A stretch of 64,000 nt of DNA, from the NCBI GenBank assembly GCA_963769025.1, contig CAVYKI010000002.1, forward strand, positions 320,001 through 384,000. The letters run 5' to 3'. The notes under the pieces were generated by a model that saw only the letters and a program-made list of their open reading frames with translations, made no database searches and was not told the origin of the DNA. The translations under genes were made by a program, and so were the position numbers. Shown piece by piece: positions 55,065 through 64,000 of this stretch. The first letter of the stretch is position 1. Each line of letters starts with the position of its first letter. The stretch comes from an uncultured Verrucomicrobiae bacterium (lineage in GTDB: Bacteria > Verrucomicrobiota > Verrucomicrobiia > Chthoniobacterales > Chthoniobacteraceae).

Positions 55065-55622
55065 CTACAGAAAGTCCCGCTCCTCGGGCCGCACGCTCAG
55101 CACGGGGCAGGGGGCATGGCGCACGATTTTCTCCGCCACGCTGCCGAGCAGCACGTGCTTCAGGCCCGTGTAGCCGTGCGTCGCGAGGATGATCATGTCC
55201 GTCTGCTGCTCGCGTGCAATTTCGATCACCTCCTGCCAGGCGCGTCCGAGGCGGACGACATGATGCGTCTTCACTCCCGAGCCCGCGTCCAGCGAGCGCA
55301 GCCGGTCGATCATCTGCTCGCGCTTCTCCGCGGCAAAGTCCGTCACGGCCAGCGGCGGATACATCCAGTCACCGGGATACACCATCTGCTCGACGATGTG
55401 CACGAGCGTCACCTCCGCCTCGAATTGCAAGGCGAACGCCAGCGCGTACCGCAGCGCCTTCTGCGAATGCTCGGAAAAATCAACAGGCACGAGGATCTTG
55501 TTGATATGGAACTGCAGCGGCGACATGGCCGCAGCCGGGGCCGAGGCGGTCTTGCGGCCCGACTTGTCGGTCACGACGAGTTTCGCCGCGATCGTGGGAG
55601 AGCTGGATTTGGTAGGTTTCAT
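55065..55622 (-). CDS. Universal stress protein
   Basis: ILVPVDFSEHS, ILATHGYTG..LLGSVAEKIVRHAPCPVL. Confidence 0.92.
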   Translation of the reverse strand: MKPTKSSSPTIAAKLVVTDKSGRKTASAPAAAMSPLQFHINKILVPVDFSEHSQKALRYALAFALQFEAEVTLVHIVEQMVYPGDWMYPPLAVTDFAAEKREQMIDRLRSLDAGSGVKTHHVVRLGRAWQEVIEIAREQQTDMIILATHGYTGLKHVLLGSVAEKIVRHAPCPVLSVRPEERDFL

Positions 55623-55804
55623 GGCTTGGGGTTTTGGAGATTGGGGTGCCCTGGGCGGTTGTCCTGTCATGAATAAACCATCACTGCTCCGTCTTGGCGA
55701 GTCTCCGCAACGATTGGCTGGAACACGCCGTTTCTTGCCATCCGGTCGCGCCCAGCATCTCCGTGACTTCCGGCGTTCCCCGTGCGAAATCACCGCCCGT
55801 CTCC

Positions 55805-56677
55805 ATGAAAAACCTCCGCCTCCGCACGTTCACCGTTTTCGCCGTCCTGTTCACGTTCGTCGTCGCCGGGAAAGCCGAGCAGCCCGCGCCCGTGCGCGTC
55901 TTCGTCTGCGCGCACAGCTTCATGATCTTCACGTCCAAGCTGCTCCCCAACATGGCGCAGGCCGCGGGCTTTCCCTACACCGCCGCGGGCCAGCAGATGC
56001 TCGGCGGTTCGCGCGTCATCCAGCACTGGAATCTCCCCGACAACCGGAACCTCGCCAAGGCCGCCCTCCGCGAGGGGAAGGTGGACATCCTCACACTCTC
56101 GCCGCACCGCCAGCTGCCCGATGAAGGCATCGACAACTTCACGAAACTCGGCCTCGAGAAAAACAAGCGCCTCCGCGTCTTCGTGCAGGCCTCATGGCCC
56201 GGCTTTGACGGCGTCTGGACCGGCTTCAAGAATGAGCAGCGCAACGCCGCCACCCTCGACAGCCTCCGCGAAATGCGCCGCGGCTTCCACGAGCTGTGGC
56301 TCACCGGGCTAGAGGCTCAGGTCCGCACATTGAACCAATCCGTCGGCCAGGACACCGTCCACATCGTCCCTGTGTGCGACGCCGTCTTCGCCCTCCGCGA
56401 GCACATCGCGAAAGGCACCGCCCCCGGCCTCACCAAGCAGACCGACCTCTTCTACGACGACATCGGCCACGCCAAGCCCGCTCTCGCCGGCCTCGTCGGC
56501 TACTGCCACTTCGCCGCCATCTCCGGCCGCACCCCCGTCGGCCTCCCCGTCCCCGCGGAGCTGCAAAATCTCCCCCAAGCCGCGGAGCTGAACACCCTGC
56601 TCCAGCACCTTGCCTGGGAAGCCGTCTCCACCTACCCCCTTAGTGGCGTGCAAGCCGCGCCCGCCGCCGCAAAATAG
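55805..56677 (+). CDS. Secreted SGNH-hydrolase-like hypothetical protein
   Basis: Signal peptide; VFVCAHSF block I-like motif, LFYDDIGH block V-like motif. Confidence 0.7.
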   Translation: MKNLRLRTFTVFAVLFTFVVAGKAEQPAPVRVFVCAHSFMIFTSKLLPNMAQAAGFPYTAAGQQMLGGSRVIQHWNLPDNRNLAKAALREGKVDILTLSPHRQLPDEGIDNFTKLGLEKNKRLRVFVQASWPGFDGVWTGFKNEQRNAATLDSLREMRRGFHELWLTGLEAQVRTLNQSVGQDTVHIVPVCDAVFALREHIAKGTAPGLTKQTDLFYDDIGHAKPALAGLVGYCHFAAISGRTPVGLPVPAELQNLPQAAELNTLLQHLAWEAVSTYPLSGVQAAPAAAK

Positions 56678-56736
56678 CCCTGCACAATCGGCGGCGGGGA
56701 TCGGCTTCTTTCAAAACACCCCGACGCTGGGCTAAC

Positions 56737-57087
56737 TCATAATAGAAACTCTTGGACGAAAGTGACCACGAAAGCGGCGAGTCCGGCAAAGAGCCCGATG
56801 ACTGCGGCCCAAAGCAAGGTGAGGAAGGCGCGCGCGCCCCTCGTTTGGAAAAGATAGACTGGCACAACGACGGGCCATGCGAAGAAAACGAAGGAGTCGT
56901 AGTCGTAGCAGAGCTGCCGGCCGCGATTGCGGGCGTCGGACATGACCCACGCCGCTACGATAAAGGGAAAGGCATAGCTCGCCGCGAGGTCCGCCAGCTT
57001 CGGCAGTTCGGCATCATCGGGAACAAGGGCCGATGCAACGCCGACCGCGGCTGCGTAACGCCAGAGCATCAGCGTCGGCGCGTTCAT
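56737..57087 (-). CDS. Small membrane protein
   Basis: Four hydrophobic segments; WVMSDARNRG..FFAWPVVVPVYLFQTRG. Confidence 0.7.
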   Translation of the reverse strand: MNAPTLMLWRYAAAVGVASALVPDDAELPKLADLAASYAFPFIVAAWVMSDARNRGRQLCYDYDSFVFFAWPVVVPVYLFQTRGARAFLTLLWAAVIGLFAGLAAFVVTFVQEFLL

Positions 57088-57312
57088 CAGGTGGGACCGT
57101 TTCGCCATCCGCGGGATCATGGCGGATCGGCGGGTGAAAAGACGATTGGAAAAATCGCGGCGCTGCGTGATCGGGGCGGATACGGAGCGGGTGCGATTTT
57201 TCCCGAAAGAATGGGAGAAAGTTTCTTGCCGCGGGGAGGCGGGGCGCTAGGGTCCGGCGCTTGTTCCCCTTCCCAGAGAACGTCCCGAATTTAGAAAAAA
57301 CGAAAGGGTAAC

Positions 57313-59885
57313 ATGCAATCGATCCACACCTATAACGTAGTCCCGAAACTGCCGGCCCAGCTCGAACCGCTCCGGCGGCTGGCACTGAACCTCTGGTGGA
57401 CGTGGGAGCCGACGGCGCGGTCGCTGTTCCGGCAGGTGGACCCGGAGATCTGGCATTCGACGAATCACAACCCGGTGCGGCTGCTGCAGCGCTGCCGGCA
57501 GGCGACGCTGGAGGAGATTGCCGGCGAATGATGATTTTCTGAGGGCGATGAAGTCGGTCGTGGCGAAGTTCGACGCATACATGGCGCGGAAGGACACGTG
57601 GGGAAAGACGCGCAAGGAGGCGGTGATGGCGGGGCCGGTGGCGTATTTTTCGGCGGAGTTCGGGTTTCATGAGTCGTTCCCGAATTACTCGGGCGGCCTG
57701 GGCATCCTGTCGGGGGACCATTGCAAGTCGGCGAGCGATCTGGACCTGCCGTTCGTGGCGGTGTCGCTGCTCTACCGGCACGGGTATTTCAAGCAGCAGA
57801 TCAACAAGGAGGGCTGGCAGGAGAATCTGGCGCTGAACCAGAATTTCTCGCATCTCGCGGTGCAGCCGGTGCTGGATGCTGAGAAGAACCACCTGACGAT
57901 CGGGGTGAAGATCCTGGACCGGTGGGTGCGGGTGCGGGTGTGGCAGCTCGCGGTGGGGCGCATCACGCTGTATCTGATGGATACGAATGTGCCGGAGAAT
58001 GCGCCGGAGGATCGGGAGATCACGTCGCAGCTTTACGGCGGGGACCATGAGATGCGGATCAAGCAGGAGATCATCCTGGGCATCGGCGGCGTGCATGCGC
58101 TGAACGCGATCGGCATCAAGCCGTCGGTGTATCATCTCAATGAAGGCCACGCGGCGTTCCTTTCGCTGGAGCGGGTCCGACGGCGGGTGGCGGAGGAGGG
58201 GCTGGATTTTTACGCGGCGCTGCAGAGCACGGCGTCGGGGAATGTGTTCACCACGCACACGCCGGTGCCGGCGGGGAACGATGCGTTCCCGCTGGATCTG
58301 ATGCGGAAGTATTTCGGCGGACTACCCGGCGTCGGTGAAGATCGATTTCGAGACCTTCATGAGCTTCGGCCAGAGCCGGGTGGATCCCTCGGAGCCGTTC
58401 AGCATGACGATTCTGGCGCTGCGCACGAGCCGGCACGCGAATGGCGTCTCGGCGCTGCACGGGCGGGTGTCGCAGGGGCTGTGGCGGGATGTGTGGAGCG
58501 GGGTGCCGCAGGAGGAGGTGCCCATCACGAGCGTGACGAATGGCATCCACACGAAGACGTGGATGGCGCCGGATTTCATCAAGCTGTACGACAAGTATCT
58601 GCCGGGCTGGGAAGAGCATCTCACGGACAAGGATTTCTGGCGCAAGGTGCAGGACATCCCGGACGAGGAACTGTGGGAACTGCACCAGCGGCAGAAGAGG
58701 CGGACGCTGGAGTTCATCCGCGAGCGCACGCGCCAGCAGTGGAAGCGGACCGGGGACACGCCGGACAAGATCCGGTCGATTTCGCGGATGCTGAACCCGG
58801 AAATCCTGACGATCGGCTTTGCGCGGCGCTTTGCGACCTACAAGCGCGCGACGCTGCTTTTCAATGACCGCGAGCGGCTGGCGAAGCTCATGAACAACGT
58901 GGAGCAGCCGGTGCAGTTTGTCTTCGCGGGCAAGGCGCATCCGAAGGACGAGCCGGGGAAGAAGTTCATCCAGGATGTGTACAAGTTCAGCCGGATGCCG
59001 GAGTTTGAAGGACGCATCGTTTTCGTGGAAGACTACGACCACTATGTCGGCCGCCGGCTTTACCAGGGCGTGGATCTTTGGCTGAACAATCCGCGCCGCC
59101 CGCTGGAGGCGAGCGGCACGAGCGGCATGAAGCTGCCGCCGAGCGGTGGCCTGAACCTGAGCGTGCTCGACGGGTGGTGGTGCGAGGCATGCACCGGCAA
59201 GAACGGCTGGGCCATCGGTCCGGAAATCCCCGAGAGCACGATCCCGCCCGACCCGGGTTCGAGGACGATGTGGACGTTCACAGCCTCTTCCACGTGCTGG
59301 AGACGCAGATCCTGCCGCTCTATTACGCGAAGCCGGACGGCCGTCTGCCGCTGGCGTGGATCAACCTGATGCGCGAGTCCATCCGCACGATCGTGCCTGT
59401 CTTCAACACGCACCGCATGGTGAAGGAATACACCGAGCGCCTCTACGATCCCGCCGCTGCGGCGCACGAGACGCTGACCGCGAACGCGTGCAAGAAGGCC
59501 GTGGAGGTCGCGCGCTGGAAGGACAACATCCGGCGCGACTGGCGTCATGTGAAGCTGACGGAAGTCACCATCCACACGGGCAACGGGCCAAACGTCACCG
59601 TCGGCGACGCCGTGGAGGTGAGCGTCCGCGCATCCCTCGGGCCGATCGCACCGGAATTCGTCCGCGTGCAGGCGCTGGTCGGCGAGGCCACCGACGGGGC
59701 GGTCCTGCAGCCGGCGACCATCGACCTCAGGCAGACGGAGAAGCTCGGCAACGGCGCCTTCCGCTTCGTCGGCGCGATTCCGGCGCCGCGAGAGCGGCAG
59801 CTACGGGCTGAATGTGCGCGTCATCCCCACGCACCCGAACCTGATCCAGGAACACGAACTGCGCCTGATCACCTGGGCGCAGTGA
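57313..59885 (+). CDS. glgP: Alpha-glucan (glycogen) phosphorylase, about 4 frameshifts
   Basis: NLWWTW, AYFSAEFG..YSGGLG, HLNEGH, FTTHTPVPAG, FARRFATYKR, EASGTSGMK PLP-Lys motif. Confidence 0.95.
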
Positions 59886-60063
59886 GCGCGCGCCAGGCGC
59901 CGTCCTGTTTGCGGGTTGCGATACGGCGGGATTCCCGCTTCCCTCCGCGTCCCCTGTAAAAGGGAGCCACGGTCCACCCGGCGACCGCGAGCGCGACCGC
60001 GCGTTTGCATCGCACGGCTGGCGTGCTTCCCTTGCACATCAAGCACCCACTCCTTTCCCACGC

Positions 60064-60975
60064 ATGCTGAGCTGCTCCACCTGCTGGAATTCCGGCCGCC
60101 ACACCGATGGCGCCGCGATGCTCCAGGAAATTCTCGAACTCGGTTTCCAGAACGTGGAACTCGGCCATGGCATCCGGCTGACGCTCGTGGAGGGCATCCT
60201 GAAGATGGTCGAGGCGGGCAGCGTCAAAATCACGTCGCTCCACAATTTCTGCCCGCTGCCGCCGGAAATCCCCCGGGCGTCGCCGGACTGCTACCAGATC
60301 AGCTCGCACCTCGAAGGCGAGCGCGACCGCGCGGTGCGCCACAGCTTCAAGACGATTGATTTTGCGAAGCGCGTCGGCGCGAAATTCGTGGTCATGCACC
60401 TCGGCTCGGTGCCCATCGGCGACTACACGCGCGAACTCGTGAAGCTCGCCGAGGAAGGCAAGCACCTCTCGAAGGAATACGTCGCGCTCAAGCTCGAGGC
60501 TGTGCAGCAGCGCGAGGCGAAGCAGGAGAAGCCGTTTTTCCGGATGCTCGAATCCCTGCGCCGCATCGTGGACTACGCGGGGGAGCGCGGCATCAGGCTC
60601 GGCGTCGAGAGCCGCCACAGCTTCGAGGAAATCCCGAGCGAGCGCGAAATGCTCGATGTCCTCGCGCGGATGGATCCTGCCACCGTCGGCTACTGGCACG
60701 ACTTTGGCCACGTGCAGGTGAAGCACAACATCGGCTTCCTCGATCACGTTGAATGGCTCTCGCACGTCGCGCCGCGGCTGCTCGGCTGCCACCTGCACGA
60801 CACGAAATGGCCGGGCCGCGACCATCTCGCGCCGTTCATGGGCGACGTGGAATACGACCGGCTCATCCCGCTTCTGCCAAAGGACACGCTGTACGTTTTC
60901 GAAATGAGCCCGCGCCGGACGAAGGAGGAGATCACCACGTCGCTCGCGCAGTGGAAGGAACGTTTCGGGGAATGA
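60064..60975 (+). CDS. Sugar phosphate isomerase/epimerase-like TIM barrel
   Basis: SLHNFCP, VMHLG, GVESR, HDFGH, HLHD, DHLAP, FEM metal ligands. Confidence 0.85.
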   Translation: MLSCSTCWNSGRHTDGAAMLQEILELGFQNVELGHGIRLTLVEGILKMVEAGSVKITSLHNFCPLPPEIPRASPDCYQISSHLEGERDRAVRHSFKTIDFAKRVGAKFVVMHLGSVPIGDYTRELVKLAEEGKHLSKEYVALKLEAVQQREAKQEKPFFRMLESLRRIVDYAGERGIRLGVESRHSFEEIPSEREMLDVLARMDPATVGYWHDFGHVQVKHNIGFLDHVEWLSHVAPRLLGCHLHDTKWPGRDHLAPFMGDVEYDRLIPLLPKDTLYVFEMSPRRTKEEITTSLAQWKERFGE

Positions 60976-61002
60976 ACGCCCGCGATTGAGCGCCCTGCGG
61001 CC

Positions 61003-61997
61003 ATGAAAAAATTCCTCCTCGCGTTCTTTCAGCTCGGCGTGACCGTGCTGCTGCTGTGGTGGGTTTTCCATGATCCGGAAAAGCGCCAGGCGCTGAATGA
61101 CGCGCTCCTGCCTGGCCAACTGGTGGTGGCTCGCCGCAGGCGTGGCGGCGTACGGGCTCTTCGAGATTCTCGCCGGCATCCGCTGGCAGATCCTGCTGCG
61201 CGTGCAGGGCATCCATCTTTCATGGTGGCGGCTCTACGGGCTGCTGATGGTCGGCCTTTTCTTCAGCCTTTTCATCCCCGGCGGCACCGGCGGCGACATC
61301 ATCAAAGGCTACTACCTGCTGAAGGAGGCGCCGGTCGGCCAGAAGACATCGGCGGCGCTGAGCGTGGTGATGGACCGCCTGCTCGGTCTCATCGGCGTCG
61401 GCGTGCTCACCGTCGTGGTCACCTCGCTGCGATGGGACTGGCTCACCAGCGAGCCCATCACGAGGAATTGCGTGTACACCGTCCTCGCCGTGCTTGCCGT
61501 GAGCGTGTCCGGCATCCTGCTCGCCGGCCTCGTGTCGAGCCTCCGCCTCGTGCATGCGCTGCCGGAGAAAATGCCGGGCCGGAATTTCCTCGCGAGCGTC
61601 TCGGGCGCCTACGCGCTCTACGCCCGTGCCTGGTTCCCGACGCTGTGCGCCATCATCATTTCCATCCTCGCCCACACCGCGCATTACGCGACCTTCTGGT
61701 GTGCGACGCAAGTCCATCGACCATTCCGGCCCGCGCAAGCCGTCCGCAGTCGAACTCTTCTCCGCACTCCCCGTGATCGAGGGCGTCGCCGCGCTGCCGC
61801 TCACGCCCGGCGGACTCGGCACCCGCGAAAAGCTGTTCGATAACATGCTCACTCCGCTCGCCGATTTGGACAAAGGCGTCGCCCCGGCCATCTCCGTGCT
61901 CGGTTATCTCTGCATCGCGTTTTGGGGGCTGGTCGGCGGAATGTTCTACCTCTTCTACCGACCGAGCGCGCAGCGAGCGGCAGGCGATCCGCGCTGA
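61003..61997 (+). CDS. Lysylphosphatidylglycerol synthase TM (flippase-like) protein, 2 frameshifts
   Basis: RWQILL, FFSLFIPGGTGGDIIK, SVVMDRLLG, LPLTPGGLGTRE. Confidence 0.85.
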
Positions 61998-62033
61998 GGC
62001 CGAGGCGCAGCTCACGGGCACCCATTTCGGCTC

Positions 62034-62726
62034 ATGAGCGGCGGAAACCCGAAGCTGCCGCGTCCGTTCGTCACGGCGAATTTCGCCGTCACCGCGGATG
62101 GCCGCATCAGCACGCGCAACTTCACGCCGAGCGATTTCTCCTCAAAGCGCGACAAGCGCCGTCTCGTGAAAATCCGCGCCGGCTGCGACGCGGTCCTCGT
62201 CGGTGCGCGCACGCTCGCCTCCGACACGATGACGCTTGGCATTCCCGGGATCCGCGGCAAGGCGCCGCTGCGCGTCATCGTCAGCAACAGCGGGCGCATC
62301 GCGCCAGCGCTGCGCGTCTTTCAGAGCGCGGGCGCGCCCATCGTCATCTTCACGACGAAAAAAATGCCCGCCGCCGCGCGCGACGCACTCGAAGGCGTCG
62401 CGGACATATTCTTCCATCCCACGCCGACCGTGGATCTCGCGCTCGCCCTCGCGATTCTCCGAGCGGACTACGGCGTGAAGCGGCTCGTGTGCGAGGGCGG
62501 CGGAACGCTCCTTCGCTCCTTTGCCGCAGCCGATCTGCTCGACGAGCTGCACCTCACGCTCTGCCCGTTCATCTTCGGTGGTCGCGGCGCGCCGACGCTC
62601 ACGGGCCTGCCGGGAACATTCCTGCCCATGAGCACCCAATTGCGTCTCGTGGAGATGCGCAGCGCAGGCGGTGAGTGCTTCACCCGCTGGCGTGTCATCC
62701 GCGGCAGGAAGCCCGCTGCAAAATGA
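62034..62726 (+). CDS. RibD C-terminal / dihydrofolate reductase-like protein
   Basis: RPFVTANFAVTADGRI, DAVLVGARTL..D, LVCEGGGTL, LDELHLTLCP. Confidence 0.88.
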   Translation: MSGGNPKLPRPFVTANFAVTADGRISTRNFTPSDFSSKRDKRRLVKIRAGCDAVLVGARTLASDTMTLGIPGIRGKAPLRVIVSNSGRIAPALRVFQSAGAPIVIFTTKKMPAAARDALEGVADIFFHPTPTVDLALALAILRADYGVKRLVCEGGGTLLRSFAAADLLDELHLTLCPFIFGGRGAPTLTGLPGTFLPMSTQLRLVEMRSAGGECFTRWRVIRGRKPAAK

Positions 62727-64000
62727 CCGCCGCCCGAATCACGATGCCCGCTTCCGACAACCTCCAGCCACGCCGTCGCGCCGTCATCACCGGCATCGGC
62801 CCCATTGCCGCGTGCGGCATCGGTCTCGAGGCGTTCTGGAATTCCATCCGCGAGGGTCGCAGCGGCATCGCACCCGTCACGGCGTTCGACGCGTCCGTCT
62901 TCCGCGCCCGGAACGCCGGCGAAGTCCGCGACTGGGATCCCGCGCCATTCTTCCCGCCGCACCGGCTGAAGCGGCTCGACCGTTACGCGCAATTCGCCGT
63001 CGCCTCCGCGCTGCTCGCGCTCGAGGACGCGCGGCTGCCGTGGAGCCGCGAGAAACCCGACCCGCGGCGCGGCGTGAGCTTTGGCACCGCGCTCGGCGGC
63101 ATCTCAAATGCCGAGGCGGAGCACGCGCGCTTTTTGAAAAAGGGCCCGCGCGGCGTGAGCCAGACTCTCGCGCTCCAAGTCTTCGGCGGCAGCGCGCACA
63201 GCAACATCGCGATCGAGTGCGGCTTCCGCGGTCCCGGCAACACGTACTCGAATTCCTGCGCGAGCGGATCCGTGGCGGTCGGCGAGGCGCTGCGTTACAT
63301 CCGCGACGGCATGGCGGACGTGATCATCGCCGGCGGCGCGGAGGCGCCGCTGTGTCCGCTCACGTTCGTGGCGTTCGATTTCATCAAGACCATGAGCCGC
63401 TGGCAGGGCGAACCGGCTGCGTTCGCCTGCCGGCCGTTCGACAAGGATCGCGACGGATTCGTGATGGGCGAGGGGGCCTGTTCGCTCGTGATCGAGGAAT
63501 ACGGACACGCCGTGCGCCGCGGCGCGCGCATCTACGCCGAGGTGCTCGGCTACGCGCTGAACAACGACGCCTTTCACATGACCAGCCCGCTGCCGAGCGG
63601 CGAATGCGTCATCGCCTGCATGAGGGCCGCGCTCGCCGACGCCCGGGTGGAACCGTGTGACATCGGCTACATCAACGCACACGCGAGCAGCACGCAGCTC
63701 AACGACGCGAACGAAGTGATGTGCATCCGCACCGTCTTCGGCGAAACCCCGCCGCCCGTCAGCGGGACAAAGCCTTTCACCGCGCACCCGCTCGGCGCGA
63801 CCTCGGCGATGGAGACTGCGATCTGCGCCCTCGCGCTCAGGGACCAGTGGCTGCCGCCGACGTTGCATCACCGCACGCCCGACCCGGCCTGCGACGCGGA
63901 CATCGTGCCGAATGCCGGACGCGCCCACGCCCTCCGCCACGCGATGAACAACGCGTTCGGCTTTGGCGGCGTGAATTCGTCGCTCGTGCTCGGTCTCGTC
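62723..64000 (+). CDS. fabF: Beta-ketoacyl-ACP synthase II (3' end just outside the window)
   Basis: Not in the ORF track because it has no stop. RRAVITGIG, SNSCASG Cys, RPFDKDRDGFVMGEG, INAHASST, TAHPLGA, NAFGFGGVN. Confidence 0.9.
   Translation, partial: MTAARITMPASDNLQPRRRAVITGIGPIAACGIGLEAFWNSIREGRSGIAPVTAFDASVFRARNAGEVRDWDPAPFFPPHRLKRLDRYAQFAVASALLALEDARLPWSREKPDPRRGVSFGTALGGISNAEAEHARFLKKGPRGVSQTLALQVFGGSAHSNIAIECGFRGPGNTYSNSCASGSVAVGEALRYIRDGMADVIIAGGAEAPLCPLTFVAFDFIKTMSRWQGEPAAFACRPFDKDRDGFVMGEGACSLVIEEYGHAVRRGARIYAEVLGYALNNDAFHMTSPLPSGECVIACMRAALADARVEPCDIGYINAHASSTQLNDANEVMCIRTVFGETPPPVSGTKPFTAHPLGATSAMETAICALALRDQWLPPTLHHRTPDPACDADIVPNAGRAHALRHAMNNAFGFGGVNSSLVLGLV

Overview
A GC-rich (roughly 65% by eye) bacterial window. 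Gene content points to Verrucomicrobiota, Chthoniobacterales-like; this is inferred from the DUF6288, sulfatase, multiheme cytochrome/propeller, PocR-AraC and SufT genes. About 52 genes are supportable. They include four sulfatases and other secreted hydrolases, PhoD, a PanB-like enzyme, T2SS gspD/gspE, two two-component pairs, an Fe-S cluster (rhodanese-IscU-SufT), psd/pssA, gcvP, a P1B-4 ATPase, glgP and fabF (truncated). Many genes, including housekeeping ones, carry 1-nt frameshifts, most simply explained by long-read consensus errors. I saw no rRNA, tRNA, cas gene, transposase, integrase or reverse transcriptase. The unusual part is 14.5-22.6 kb. (1) A four-helix-bundle (IVS/Avd-like) gene is bracketed by inverted GGAAGAT heptamer arrays, at a sharp G-rich to C-rich strand switch. 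(2) A 137-bp nested palindrome follows panB. (3) An array of 12-13 exact-period 21-nt units, with a constant core and a variable segment, lies upstream of a sigma54-type promoter, an FN3 protein with a Trp-rich leader, a strong hairpin and a collagen-like fibre gene, next to an atypical patatin gene. Elsewhere there is an apparent TrtA/BiuH chimeric cysteine hydrolase and a leftover sulfatase C-terminus. All family assignments come from motif recognition, not database searches.
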